Origin: Mobula birostris
Lineage: Eukaryota
DNA length: 64,000 nt
NCBI RefSeq assembly: GCF_030028105.1
Contig: NC_092374.1
Location: 182,731,487 to 182,795,486, forward strand
Reading direction: 5' to 3'
Part shown: in pieces, positions 23,699 through 36,754 of the stretch
Layout of the letters: the number at the start of each line of letters is the position of its first letter
Position numbering within the stretch: the first letter of the stretch is position 1
Notes under the pieces: generated by a model
What the model saw: only the letters and a program-made list of their open reading frames with translations
Database searches by the model: none
What the model was told of the DNA's origin: nothing
Position numbers and translations under genes: made by a program

Positions 23699-25961
23699 AA
23701 TGTGAGCAGCCTGTTTTAAAATTTGTGGGGTTTTCTTTGTAGTTAGCAATACTGTAAACGTTAGCAGTGCTTGATTGAAAATTTGCCTCTCCGTTTTTTC
23801 CTCACAGCTGGGCAATTTAGTGGTGGGATCTTCATGAACCTGGCCTGCATCTTTGACTTATACCTTGGGGTGCTGAATTCCTGTTGCATTCTTCGCCCTG
23901 CCTGGCCCCTAAACCAGTTCAGGGCCCAATAGAGCCCTGAACCAAACTTATCCGGCTCAGGAGCCTGATCCTATGTGACTGCCACTTTACTCTTGTGCTT
24001 CCAAATCCTGCCTTGTCCTACCTGAGATCGGGCTCTGGCCTCTGGCCCCTGCCCCTCTGGGTGTGGCCAGGCTTCACTACCAAGCCTGCGTGTCTCTAGA
24101 TCATGCCACTTCGGGCATGCCCAGTCCTCGCTGTCGGCCTCCTGGCCCCTTGCGATGCCGGGTTTGACTTTACCTGCAGGGACCCATCAAATGTGAGGCC
24201 ACGACAGCTCATGTGCCCTTACAGAGCTGGCAAGGTGACAGAGGCTGGCAAAACTGAGAGGACCCTGGGAAACCTCAATAAGGAAGCAGCTTCTGTCACT
24301 TAGCTTCCATTAATCAGATTGAAAGATAATCAGCCCCGCACTTTGATAAAAGTACTTGTAATTTTTTCTCCCTGTCCATGGAGAGCTTCCTAATAAACAT
24401 TTTAAAATAGTGGATTGCACAAATTTTCTCTGTCTTTTCAGATAGGATGGCTTAGTATGATGTCAAATATTGTACTCAGACTTTTGTAAAACCTGGGTCA
24501 GACCCTGGCCCTGAATATTGTAAAATCTCAGTGTTGAAAGTATGAAACAAAACTAGAAAAATTGCTGAGAAAACTCAGCAGGTCAGGCAACATCTGTGGG
24601 GAGGGAAACAAATCCTGGAAATTGGACGGGTCCAACAATGTTGAGTGTGTGTCTCTCTCCACAGGCACTAGGTGTTCTAGGCACTTTCTGCCTTATTACT
24701 AGAGTGACATCTGGGCCTCACCACCCTGTTTCTGTGGCTAAAGACACTCTGAGGGTGAGGCAGTGAGTTGAGATGGCTGTGAAAGATCCCACAGCAAGAT
24801 ATGAGCGGGTTTCCTGTCCAATAGTTCTCCTCCCAAGCCAGCAGCACTAAAAGCAAGTAGTCCTAGCATTACGATCTTCCTGTTTGTAAGATGTGGCTGT
24901 CCACAGATATTACACAGATGGACGATGGCTAGAATTCTGGGGTGTCCTGAGAATGTGAGAGGTGTTTTATAAACACAAGTCTTGTCACATGTTACACATC
25001 ACATTGGGGTTCTGAGGTAAAGTCTCTACCTCAAGCATAACGGGTCTCCATGTTTGCCCTCTCACTGCAGGCAGAAGATAGAGTCAGAGAGTTGTATGGA
25101 ATCAAGCCCTTCAGCCCAACTTGTCCATGGCAATCAAGATACCCATCTATGCTCATCTCATTGACCCATGTTTGGACCATATCCTCTTTAAACCTTTCTT
25201 ACCCTACCTGTCCAAGTGTCTTTTAAATGGTACTGATGCACCAGTCTTAGCCACTTCCTCTGGCAGCTTTTTCCACACACAACACTCCAGATGAAAAAGT
25301 TGCCTCTCCAGTTCCTATTGAATCTCTCCCCTCTCACATTAAACCTATGAACTCTTGTTCTTCATTCCTCAACCTTTGGAAAAAGAATGAGTGCATTGAC
25401 CCAATCAATGCTCTTCATAATCTTTTACTCCGTTAAAAGATCACTTCCATCTGCCTACGCTCCAATGAATAAAGGTTTCAATTCACTCAACCCCTTTCCG
25501 TATCTCAGTTCCTCATGTCCTGGCAGTATCCTTGTAAATCTCTTCTGCACTCTTCCCAGCTTAATGGCATCTTTTCTAGAGCAGGGGTTTAAGCTCAATA
25601 ATTCCTTTCCTTACACAGACGCTGTTTGACCTGCTGAGTTCTACCACTACACAATTTACAGTTCTGTCCCTCCACTGCTACTTGTGAAACCACCAAGTTC
25701 TAACAGCCTCATTGTAAGTCCGGCCTCAGGATAACATTTAGCCTAAATACATACATGACCCCGTAACAATGCAGTAGCCATGAGTCAAAGACTCAGGTGG
25801 AAGGTTTTTTTGTTATAACTGCACTTTTGACTGCATGGCTGGTACTACTAAAGATGCAGTAGTCATCAATGAACATTGTACATGAGAATTGGCCGGTGTA
25901 TCGGTAGATTTTGTGAGGTAAGGCCGGGTAAGTTCCTTTAATTAATTTAATTACCTTAAGA

Positions 25962-26028
25962 TAGTAAGAGTTCGGCATGGACTAAAAGGGCCGAGCTGGC
26001 CTGTTTCCATGCTGTAATTTTTATATGG
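25962..26028 (+). mobile_element. ~67-bp CR1 3'-end fragment inserted in the 5'UTR of the large CR1
   Basis: Matches 33354-33420; flanked by TTAAGA at 25956-25961 and 26029-26034. Confidence 0.7.
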
Positions 26029-29000
26029 TTAAGAGTAGGTAATGGAGGCAGCAGTTAGGGCAGTTGAGTGCTCCGTTTGCAGTATGTGGGAAGTCAGGGC
26101 AAGCACAATTGTCCCTGATGACTACACCTGCAAAAGGTGAATCCAGCTGCAGCTCCTGACAAACCGAGTTAGGGAACTAGAGCCGGAGCTGGATGAACTT
26201 CGGATCATTTGGGAGGCAGGGGCAGAAATAAACAAGAGTTACAGGGAGATAGTCACCCCTAAGAGTCAGGAGACAGGTAGCTGGGTGACTGTCAGGAGAG
26301 GGAAGGGGAATAGACAGGAAGAGCAGAGCACCCCTGTGGCTGTTCCCACCAATAATAAGTATATCATTTTGGATACTGTTGTTGGGGACAACCTACCAGG
26401 AACAAGCTGCAGTGGCTGCATCTCTGGCACTGAGACTGGACCCTCAGCTCAGAAGGGAAGGAGGGAAAAGAGGAGAGCAGTAGTGATAGGGGATTTGATA
26501 GTTGGGGGACAGATAAAGAGGTTCTGTGGAAGAGATCGAGAATCCCGGATGGTCTGTTGCCTCCCTGGTGCTAAGGTCCACCATATCTCGGATCGAGTTC
26601 TCAGTATTCACAAGAGGGAGGGTGAGCAGCCAGATGTAGTGGTCCATGTAGGGATCAATGACATGGGTAGGAAGAGTGAGGAGGTCCTGAAAGGTGAGTT
26701 TAGGGAGTTAGGCGCCAAGTTAAAGGACAGGACCTCTAGGATATCAATCTCAGGATTGCTACCAGTGCCACGTGCAGGCGGGTTTAGAAATAGTAAGATA
26801 GCGCAGATCAACACATGGCTGAAGACATGGTGCAGGAGGGAGGGCTTCAGATTTATAGATAATTGGGCAGTTTTCCAGGGAAGGTGGGACTTGTTCCGGC
26901 AGGATGGTTTACATCTGAACTGGAGGGGGACAAATATTCTTGCAGGTAGGTTTGCTAGAGAGGCTTCAGTGGATTTAAACTAGATACAAGGGGGGAGGGG
27001 AACCAGAGTGTAGGAGCAGATGTAGGGGAGAAGGAAGAAAAAGGAGATAGTACAGTTGTTTGCACCGTCAGTGATAAACAGAGTAAGAGGTGGAAAGTTT
27101 CTTAAATGCATTTATTTTAATGCTAACAGCATTGTAAGAAAGGTGGATGAGCTTAGAGCATGGATTGATACCTGGAAGTATGATGTTGTAGCTATTAGTG
27201 AAACATGGTTGCAGGAGGGGTGTGATTAGCACCTAAATATTCCTGGATTTTGTTGCTTCAGATGTGATAGAATCGAAGGGACAAGAGGGGGAGGTGTTGC
27301 ACTGCTTGTCAGAGAAAATATTACAGCAGTGCTCTGGCAGGATAGATTAGAGGGCTCCTCTAGGGAGGCTATTTGGGTGGAATTGAGGAATGGGAAAGGT
27401 GTAGTAACACTTATAGGGGTGTATTATAGACCACCTAATAGGGAGCGATAATTGGAGGAGCAAATTTGTAAGGAGATAGTGGATATCTGTAGTAAGCACA
27501 AGGTTGTCATTGTGGGAGATTTTAATTTTCCACACATAGACTGGGAAACCCATACTGTAAAAGGGCTGGATGGTTTGGAGTTTGTAAAATGTGTGCAGGA
27601 TAGGTTTTTGCAGCAATACATAGAGGTACCAACTAGAGAAGGGGCAGTGTTGGATCTCCTGCTAGGGAATGAGATAGGTCAGGTGACGGAGGTATGTGTT
27701 GGGGAGCACTTTGGGTCCAGTGATCACAATGCCATTAGTTTCAATATAATTATGGAGAAGGATATGTCTGGACCCTGGGTTGAGATCTTTGATTGGAGAA
27801 AGGCTAACTTTAAGGAGATGCGAAAGGATTTAGAAGGAGTGGATTGGGACAAACTGGTTTATGGAAAGGATATAGTAGAGAAATGGAGGTCATTTAAAAG
27901 TGAAATTTTGAGGGTACAGAATACTTATGTTCCTGTTAGGTTGAAAGGAAAGGTTAAAAGTTTGAGGGAGCCATGGTTTTCAGGGGATATTGGAAACTTG
28001 GTTTGGTAAAAGAGAGATATCTACAAAAAATATTGGCAGCATGGAGTAAATGAGGTGCTCGAAGAATATAAAGAATGTAAAAAGAATCTTAAGAAAGAAA
28101 TTAGAAAAGCTAAAAGAAGATACAAGGTTGCTTTGGCAAGTAAGGTGAAAATAAATCCAAAGGGTTTCTACAGTTACATTAATAGTAAAAGGATAGTGAG
28201 GGATAAAATTGGTCCCTTAGAGAATCAGAGTGGACAGCTAGGTGTGGAACCAAAAGAGATGGGGGAGATTTTGAACAATTTTTCTTCGGTATTCACTAAG
28301 AAGAAGGATATTGAATTGTGTAAGGTAAGGGAAACAGGTAGGGAAGTTATGGAAATTATGATGATTAAAGAAGAGGAAGTATTGGCGCTTTTAAGTGGAT
28401 AAGTCTCCGGGTCCTGACAGGACCTAGGACCTTGAGGGAAGTTAGTGTGGAAATAGCAGGGGCTCTGACAGAAATATTTCAAATGTCATGAGAAACAGGG
28501 ATGGTGCTGGAGGATTGGTGTATTGCTCATGTTGTTCCATTGTTTAAAAAGGGTTCTAAGAGTAAACCTAGCAATTATCGGCCTGTAAGTTTGATGTCAG
28601 TGGTGGGTAAATTAATGGAAAGTATTCTTAGAGATGGTATATATAATTATCTGGATAGACAGGGTCTGATTAGGAACAGTCAACATAGATTTGTGTATGG
28701 AAGTCATGTTTGACAAATCTTGTTGAATTTTTTGAAGAGGTTACTAGGAAAGTTGACAAGGGTAAAGCGATGGATGTTGTCTACATTGACTTCAGTAAGG
28801 CCTTTGACAAGGTTCCACACAGAAGGTTAGTTAGGAAGGTTCAATCATTAGGTATTAATATTGAAGTACTAAAATGGATTCAACAGTGGCTGGATGGGAG
28901 ACGCCAAAGAGTGGTGGTGGATAACTGTTTGTCAGGTTGGAGGCCAGTGACTAGTGGTGTGCCTCAGGGATCTGTACTGGGTCCAATGTTGTTTGTTATA

Positions 29001-29140
29001 TACATTAATGATCTGGATGATGGGGTGGTAAATTGGATTAGTAAGTATGCAGGTAGGTGACGTTGTGGATAATGAAGTAGGCTTTCAAAGCTTGCAGAGA
29101 GATTTAGGCCAGTTAGAAGAGTGGGCTGAAAGATGGCAAA

Positions 29141-32100
29141 CGGTACCACCACTCTGCTCCGTCTAGCGGAATTAGTCCTTACTCTTAATAATTTCTCCTT
29201 GGCTCCTCCCACTTCCTCCAAACTAAAGGTGTAGCTATGGGCACCCGTATGGGTCCTAGCTATGCCTGCCTTTTTGTTGGCTTTGTGGAACAATCTGTGT
29301 TCCAAACCTATTCTGGTATCTGTCCCCTACTTTTGCTTCGATACATTAAGACTGCTTTGGCGCTGCTTCCTGCACACATGCTGAGCTCGTTGACTTCATT
29401 AACTTTGCCTCCAACTTTCACCCTGCCCTCAAGTTTACCTGGTCCATTTCCGACACTTCCCTCCCCTTTCTAGATCTTTCTGTCTCTATCTCTGGAGACA
29501 GCTTATCTACTGATGTCTACTATAAGCCTACTGACTCTCACAGCTATCTGGACTATTCCTCTTCTCACCCTGTCTCTTGCAAAAATGCCATCCCCTTCTC
29601 GCAATTCCTCCATCTCCGCCGCATCTGCTCTCAGGATGACGCTTTTCATTCCAGGACGAGGGAGATGTCCTCCTTTTTTAAAGAAAGGGGTTTCCCTTCC
29701 TCCACCATCAACTCTGCTCTCAAACGCATCTCCCCCATTTCAAGCATATCTGCTCTCACTCCATCCTCCCGCCACCCCACTAGGAATAGAGTTCCCCTGG
29801 TCCTCACCTACCACCCCACCAGCCTCCAGGTCCAACATATTATTCTCCGTAACTTCCGCCACCTCCAACGGGATCCCACCACGAAGCACATCTTTCCCTC
29901 CCCTCCCCCCCCCCCCCGCTTTCCACAGGGATCGCTCCCTACGTGACTCCCTTGTCCATTCGTCCCCCCCATCCATTCCCACTGATCTCCTTCCTGGCAC
30001 TTATCCTTGTAAGCGGACCAAGTGCCACACATGCCCTTACACTTCCTCTCTTACCACCATTCAGGGCCCCAGACAGTCCTTCCAGGTGAGGCGACACTTC
30101 ACCTGAGTCGGCTGGGGTGATATACTGCGTCCAGTGCTCCCGATGTGGCCTTCTATATATTAGCGAGACCCGACGCAGACTGGGAGGTCGTTTTGCTGAA
30201 CACCTACGCTCTGTCCGCCTGAGAAAGCAGGATCTCTCAGTGGCCACACATTTTAATCCCACATCCCATTCCCATTCTGATATGTCTATCCACGGCCTCC
30301 TCTGCTGTAAAGTTGAAGCCACACTCAGGTTGGAGGAACAACACCTTATATTCCATCTGAGTAGCCTCCAACCTGATGGCATGAACATTGACTTCTCTAA
30401 CTTCTGCTAATGCCCCACCTCCCCCTCGTACCCCATCCGTTATTTATTTATATACACACATTCTTTCTCTCGCTCTCCTTTTTCTCCCTCTGACTATACC
30501 CATAGAAACCATAGAAACTACAGCACAGAAACAGGCCTTTTGGCCCTTCTTGGCTGTGCTGAACCATTTTCTGCCTAGTCCCACTGACCTGCACACGGAC
30601 CATATCCCTCCATACACTTCCCATCCATGTATCTGTCCTATTTATTCTTAAACGTTAAAAAAGAACCCACATTTACCACCTCGTCTGGCAGCTCATTCCA
30701 TACTCCCACCACTCTCTGTGTGAAGAAGCCCCCCATAATGTTCCCTTTAAACTTTTCCTCCCTCACCCTTAACCCATGTCCTCTGGTTTTTTTCTCCCCT
30801 TGCCTCAGTGGAAAAAGCCTGCTTGCATTCACTCTATCTATACCCATCATAATTTTATATACCTCTATCAAATCTCCCCTCATTCTTCTAAACTCCAGTG
30901 AATAAAGTCCTAACCTATTCAACCTTTCTCTGTAACTGAGTTTCTCAAGTCCCGGCAACATCCTTGTAAACCTTCTCTACACTCTTTCAACCTTATTTAT
31001 ATCCTTCCTGTAATTTGGTGACCAAAACTGAACACAATACTCCAGATTCGGCCTCACCAATGCCTTATACAACCTCATCATAACATTCCAGCTCTTATAC
31101 TCAATACTTTGATTAATAAAGGCCAATGTAGCAAAAGCTCTCTTTACGACCCTATCTACCTGTGACGACACTTTTAGGGAATTTTGTATCTGTATTCCCA
31201 GATCCCTCTGTTCCACTGCACTCCTCAGTGCCTTACCATTAACCCTGTATGTTCTATGTTGTTTTGTCCTTCCAACGTGCAATACCTCACACTTGTCAGT
31301 ATTAAACTGCATCTGCCATTTTTCAGCCCATTTTTCCAGCTGGTCCAAGTCCCTCTGCAGGCTCTGAAAACCTTCCTCACTGTCTACTACACCTCCAATC
31401 TTTGTATCATCAGCAAACTTGCTGATCCAATTTACCACATTATCATCCAGATCATTGATATAGATGACAAATAACAATGGACCCAGCACTGATCCCTGTG
31501 GCACACCACTAGTCACTGGCCTCCACTCAGAGAAGCAATTCTCTACTACCACTCTCTGGCTTCTTCCATTGAGCCAATGTCTAATCCAATTTACCACCTC
31601 TCCATGTATACCTAGCAACTGAATTTTCCTAACTAACTTCCCATGCGGGACCTTGTCAAAGGCCTTACTGAAGTCCATGTAGAAAATATCCACTGCCTTC
31701 CCTTCATCCACTTTCCTGGTAACCTCCTCGAAAAACTCCAACAGATTGGTCAAACATGACCTACCACGCACAAAGCCATGTTGACTCTCCCTAATAAGCC
31801 CCTGTCTATCCAAATGCTTGTAGATTCTGTCTCTTAGTACTCCCTCCAATAACTTACCTACTACTGACGTTAAACTCACCGGCCTATAATTTCCCGGATT
31901 ACTTTTCGATCCTTTTTTAAACAACAGAACAACATGAACCACTCTCCCATCCTCCGGCACTTCACCCGTAGACAGCGACATTTTAAATATTCCTGCCAGT
32001 GCCCCCGCAATTTCAACACTAGTCTCCTTCAAGGTCCGAGGGAACACTCTGTCAGGTCCCGGGGATTCATCCACTTTAATTTTCCTCAAGACAGCAAGCA

Positions 32101-32619
32101 CCTCCTCCTTTTCAATCTGTACAGTTTCCATGGTCTCACTACTTGATTCCCTCAATTCCATAGATTTCATGCCGGCTTCCTTAGTAAATACAGATGCAAA
32201 AAACCTATTTAAGATCTCCCCCATTTCCTTTGGTTCCGCACAAAGCCGACCACTCTGATCTTCAAGAGGACCAATTTTATCCCTTACAATCCTTTTGCTC
32301 TTAATATACTTGTAAAAGCTTGCCCATTGCCCATTCTCTGCGTTCCCCCCCTCCCCCTTTTCCTTCTCCCTGGGCCTCCTGTCCCATGATCCTCTCATAT
32401 CCCTTTTGCCAATCATCTGTCCAGCTCTTGGCTCCATCCCTCCCCCTCCTGTCTTCTCCTATCATTTTGGATCTCCCCCCCCCTTCCCACTTTCAAATCT
32501 CTTACTAGCTCTTCCTTCAGTTAGTCCTGACAAAAGATCTCGGCCTGAAACATTGACTGTACCTCTTCCTAGAGATGCTGCCTGGCCTGCTGCGTTCACC
32601 AGCAACTTTGATGTGTGTT
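29141..32619 (+). mobile_element. Penelope-like element (RT C-terminus + GIY-YIG endonuclease + terminal repeat) nested in CR1
   Basis: KGVAMGTRMGPSYACLF RT motif; VIYCVQCSRCGLLYISET..RFAEH GIY-YIG motif; terminal region with hammerhead-like motif at 32523-32558. Interrupted by a CR1 at ~30501-32318. Confidence 0.88.
30501..32318 (-). mobile_element. 5'-truncated CR1 LINE nested inside the Penelope-like element
   Basis: RT in ORF 30977..32437 ([14 protein letters not shown]) plus C-terminal ORF 30638..30961; (CATAGAAAC)n tail at 30501-30518. Confidence 0.93.
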
Positions 32620-34553
32620 AAATGGAGCTTAATGCTGATAAATGTGAGGTGCTACATTTTGGTAGGACTAATCAAAATAGGACATACATGGTAAATGGTA
32701 GGGCATTGAAGAATGTAGTAGAACAGAGGGATCAAGGAATAATGGTGCATGGTTCCCTGTAGATGGAATCTCATGTGGATAGGGTGGTAAAGAAAGCTTT
32801 TGGTATGCTGGCCTTCATAAATCAGAGCATTGAGTATAGGAGTTGGGATGTAATGTAAAATTCTACAAGGCCAAATTTGGAGTATTGTGTACAGTTCTGG
32901 TCACCGAATTATAGGAAAGATGTCAACAAAATAGAGAGACTACAGAGAAGATTTACTAGAATGTTGCCTGGGTTTCAGCACCTAAATTACAGAGAAAGGT
33001 TGAACAAGTTGGGTCTTTATTCTTTGAAGTGTAGAAGGTTGAGCGGGGACTTGATAGTGGTATTTAAAATTATGAGGGGGATAGATAGAGTTGACGTGCA
33101 TAGGCTTTTTCCATTGAGAGCAGGGGAGACTGAAACAAGAGGACATGAGTTGAAAGTTAGGGGGCAAAAGTGTAGGGGTAACACAAGGGGGATCTTCTTT
33201 ACTCAGAGAGTGGCACCTGTGTGGAACGAGCTTCCAGTAGAAGTGGTAGAGGCAGGCTTGATATTGTCATTTAAAGTAAAATTGCATAGCTATATGGACA
33301 GGAAAGGAATGGAGGGTTATGGGCTGAGTGCAGGTCGGTGGGACTAGGTGAGAGTAAGCATTCAGCACGGACTAGAAGGGCCGAGATGGCCTGTTTCCGT
33401 GCTGTAGTGGTTATATGGTTATATCTTGAAGAGAAAACTGGGTTTGCTTTTCCTGGGATGAAGAAGTTTGAGAGGTGACCTGATAGTGGGATACAAAATT
33501 ATGAAGGGGATTGATGGAGTAGAGTAAGAATCTCGCCCTTGGTGGGGTTTTCTAAAATGAGAGGCCATGAGAAGTGAGTGGTTTAGAGGGAAATACTTCC
33601 ACCCAGAGCATTGTTGGAATCTGGAATTCACCAAGGGGGTGGTGGAGGCAGAGAGTCTCTCAACATTTAAGAAGAATCCAGACAAATATGTCAGTCATCA
33701 AGACATAGATGTGTAACTAGGATCAGTATAAATAAGTACAACAGTCAGCATAGACATGATGGGCTGAAGGGCCTGATGCTGTGCTGTGTGACACTACGAC
33801 TTTAAAACTATGGTGTTCTTTTGCTGACCTTGGTAATCCGGCTTTTTGTTCTGAAAATTACAAGCAGCTGATTCACAGAAGCAGCGAGCCTCTGGTGAGA
33901 TGAATTAAATTGGCCTCTCTTAAAGTGTGGCTCCAAAATTCCATGGGGTGGCAAGGCGTGGGAGAAACGCTGTTTGGAAACCAAACTTACGACCAAGAGG
34001 TGTGAGTACAATCGTCCTGAACTCAGCGTGATGCCACCCTACTGAATACTGAAAGATGTTAGCTAATTCCACCGAATGTTGCCACCCTAGACAATAACAA
34101 TCCCTATATCAAACTTTGTGGTTCCTTAACATTGTTAAAGCCAGGAATACTACTGGGGATAAGATCCCACTCCCTATTAAATGCTTCCGAAAGCGTGTGC
34201 ATCAAACAGCCTCTGACAATCAAGACTTGCTGCTGGCCTTCACATGTGATTTAGCTACTAAGCCTGACAGAACTGCGTCTACTGACGGGAGAAGGAACCA
34301 AGATGAGTTACTACTGCCTTAAAACCAGTCGCTCCGGCCAAATGGGGTTCTTCAGCCGTGGTTAGCAGCTCTTCTTGGAGAAAAATAACTGATCTCAAAC
34401 CTCCATTGCCTTGCGGATATACCGACTCACGGCAAAGGCTTCAGGAGTAAACCGCAAGACAAAATCTGGAGCTAGAGTCCTGAAGGCAGTGAGTTCAACG
34501 CTGACTGGCGACTCTTGTGATGCCACTGGTGCCAAACTGTATTCGTCTCTGCT

Positions 34554-35485
34554 AGTCATAGTCATAGTCATACTTTATTGATCCCGGGGGAAATTCGTTT
34601 TCGTTACAGTTGCACCATAAATAATTAAATAGTAATAAAACCATAAATAATGAAATAGTAATATGTAAATTATGCCAGGAAATAGGTCCAGGACCAGTCT
34701 ATTGGTTCAGGGTGTCTGACCCTCCAAGGGAGGAGTTGTAAAGTCTGATGGCCACAGGCAGGAATGACTTCCTATGACGCTCTGTGTTGCATCTCGGAGG
34801 AATGAGTCTCTGGCTGAATGTACTCCTGTGCCCAACCAGTACATTATGTAGTGGATGGGAGACATTGACCAAGATGGCACGCAACTTGGACAGCATCCTC
34901 TTTTCGGACACCACAGTCAGAGAGTCCAGTTCCATCCCCACAACATCACTGGCCTTATGAATGAATTTGTTGATTCTGTTGGTGTCTGCTGCCCCAGCAC
35001 ACAACAGCAAACATGATCGCACTGGCCACTACGGACTCATAGAACATCCTCAGCATCGACCGGCAGATGTTAAAGGACCTCAGTCTCCTCAGGAAATAGA
35101 GACTGCTCTGACCCTTCTTGTAGACAGTCTCAGTGTTCTTTGACCAGTCCAGTTTATTGTCAATTTGTATCCTGAGGTATTTGTAATCCTCCACCATGTC
35201 CACACTGACCCCCTGGATGGAAACAGGTCACTGGTGCCTTAGCTCTCCTCAGGTCTACCACCAGCTCCTTAGTCTTTTTCACATTAAGCTGCAGATAATT
35301 CTGCTCACACCATGTGACAAAGTTTCCTACCGTAGACCTGTACTCAGCCTCATCTCCCTTGCTGATGCACCCAACTATGGCAGAGTCACCAGAAAACTTC
35401 TGAAGATGACAAGACTCTGTGCGGTAGTTGAAGTAGGTGTAAATGGTGAAGAGAAAGGGAGACAAGACAGTCCCCTGTGGAGCCC
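34554..35485 (-). mobile_element. Rex1/Babar-type LINE 3' fragment
   Basis: APQGTVLSPFLFTIYT, QKFSGDSAIVG, LQLNVKKTKELVVD motifs; (TATGAC)n tail after AATAAA. Confidence 0.8.
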
Positions 35486-36754
35486 ATGGGTTCATCCTTT
35501 GGGTCCTTTGGGTTCATTAACCGCATGAAGAAGGAGAGCCTGCTGCAAGGGCAACAGCTTACTCTCCATATTGGGCTGTCCTGGCTGGCTCGTCATGTAC
35601 AAACGAGGAAAGCTGCAGATGCTGGAAATCCGAGCAACGCACACAAAATGCCGGAGGAACTCAGCAGGCCAGCCAGTAGATAGCTAGGACATAACATCCA
35701 TGGTGGACCTCAACCAATAGAGGGTCTCCTATCAAACTTTGCATTGACAATGGAAAATTATTGCCTCTGCAGCAACAAACAATCTACTGGAGCAACTCAG
35801 TGTGTCCAACAGCATCTACGAAAAGGAAGGAATTACTGACCTTTCAGGTTCATTACATCAGAAGATCTGCCCTCCGCAGCCTCCAACATGACAGCACCTC
35901 AACCGCTCACGTTCCTCAATTTTTTTTTAAAGAAAAGGAGGTTCTGATTAAGGGTTTCATCCTGAAATGTCGATAATTCCTTGCCCCACCCACAGATGCC
36001 TGCCTGACCCACAGAGTTCCTCCAGCAGGTTGTTTGTTGCTCCATTTTCCAGTATCTGCCGTTTCTCCTGTGTCTCCACTGTTCTTGCAAACAAGTTTGG
36101 AACCAGTTAATGTGAATTTTTCATGGTGTATTGTGATGCCTGGGGATTGGATTAAATTAGAATGAATTTAAAAGGTAAATGTTCATCTTGTTGTTTGAGT
36201 TTTGAAATGGGTTTATGCTGACATCCTTCAGTGTAACAGTCTAGTTAACTGTGCTTCCCACTTGGAGTCAATCTGGGGCCTTGGGCTTCCTGCTTTTAAA
36301 AATAAGTTTGACTCACTTGAACTCCTGTGGAGTTAGTTTTGGAGAAACACTCGCAGCCCACAGTTCCAGTTGGGTGCATTTTATCCTTCATTCCTGACAT
36401 GCTCCTTGCTGCTTTGTTTGAGGGTGGAAAGGCCTCCCTGTTGATTATGTGATTTCTTGACTGTCAAACTCCCAAAAAGAATGGTAGCAACATCCGTGAA
36501 ATAACTTCCTCTTAGTTCATGATTTGATGCTCAGTCAATCCCCAGGCTGGATTTCATCACCAAATCTACTCCCTGAATCCCTGCTTACACATAATTCCCC
36601 AGTGTAGCAGTTGCCTATCCTGCGCTGCTTCTACTCCTTGCAAGCTGCCTCGAATTCCTTCTCCTATTTGAAAATCCTCTTTCGCCTCTCTCTGTATCTG
36701 TGTACCTGGCAACCCCTCCAAATTCAGCAACTTTGCTTGCTTCTCCTGGCAGCA

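Larger units (their letters stand above)
25880..33424 (+). mobile_element. Near full-length CR1 LINE (ORF1 zinc-finger/leucine zipper/SGNH esterase, ORF2 APE endonuclease + RT), disrupted and hosting nested insertions
   Basis: ORF1 from ATG 26042 (CSVC..CKR*..; VIGD, HVGIND, DGLHLN) to 26983. Endonuclease (GDFNFP, SSDH) at ~27.1-27.8 kb. RT to 29140, resuming at ~32620; tail TTATATGGTTATAT at ~33424. Confidence 0.92.

Noticed and set aside
23790-24445. Isolated strong plus-strand acceptors at 23807 and 24441
   Set aside because: No matching donors or coding signal; cannot be supported as exons from sequence alone.
32320-32437. Unique N-terminus of ORF 30977..32437
   Set aside because: Chimeric read-through from antisense Penelope sequence into the truncated CR1.
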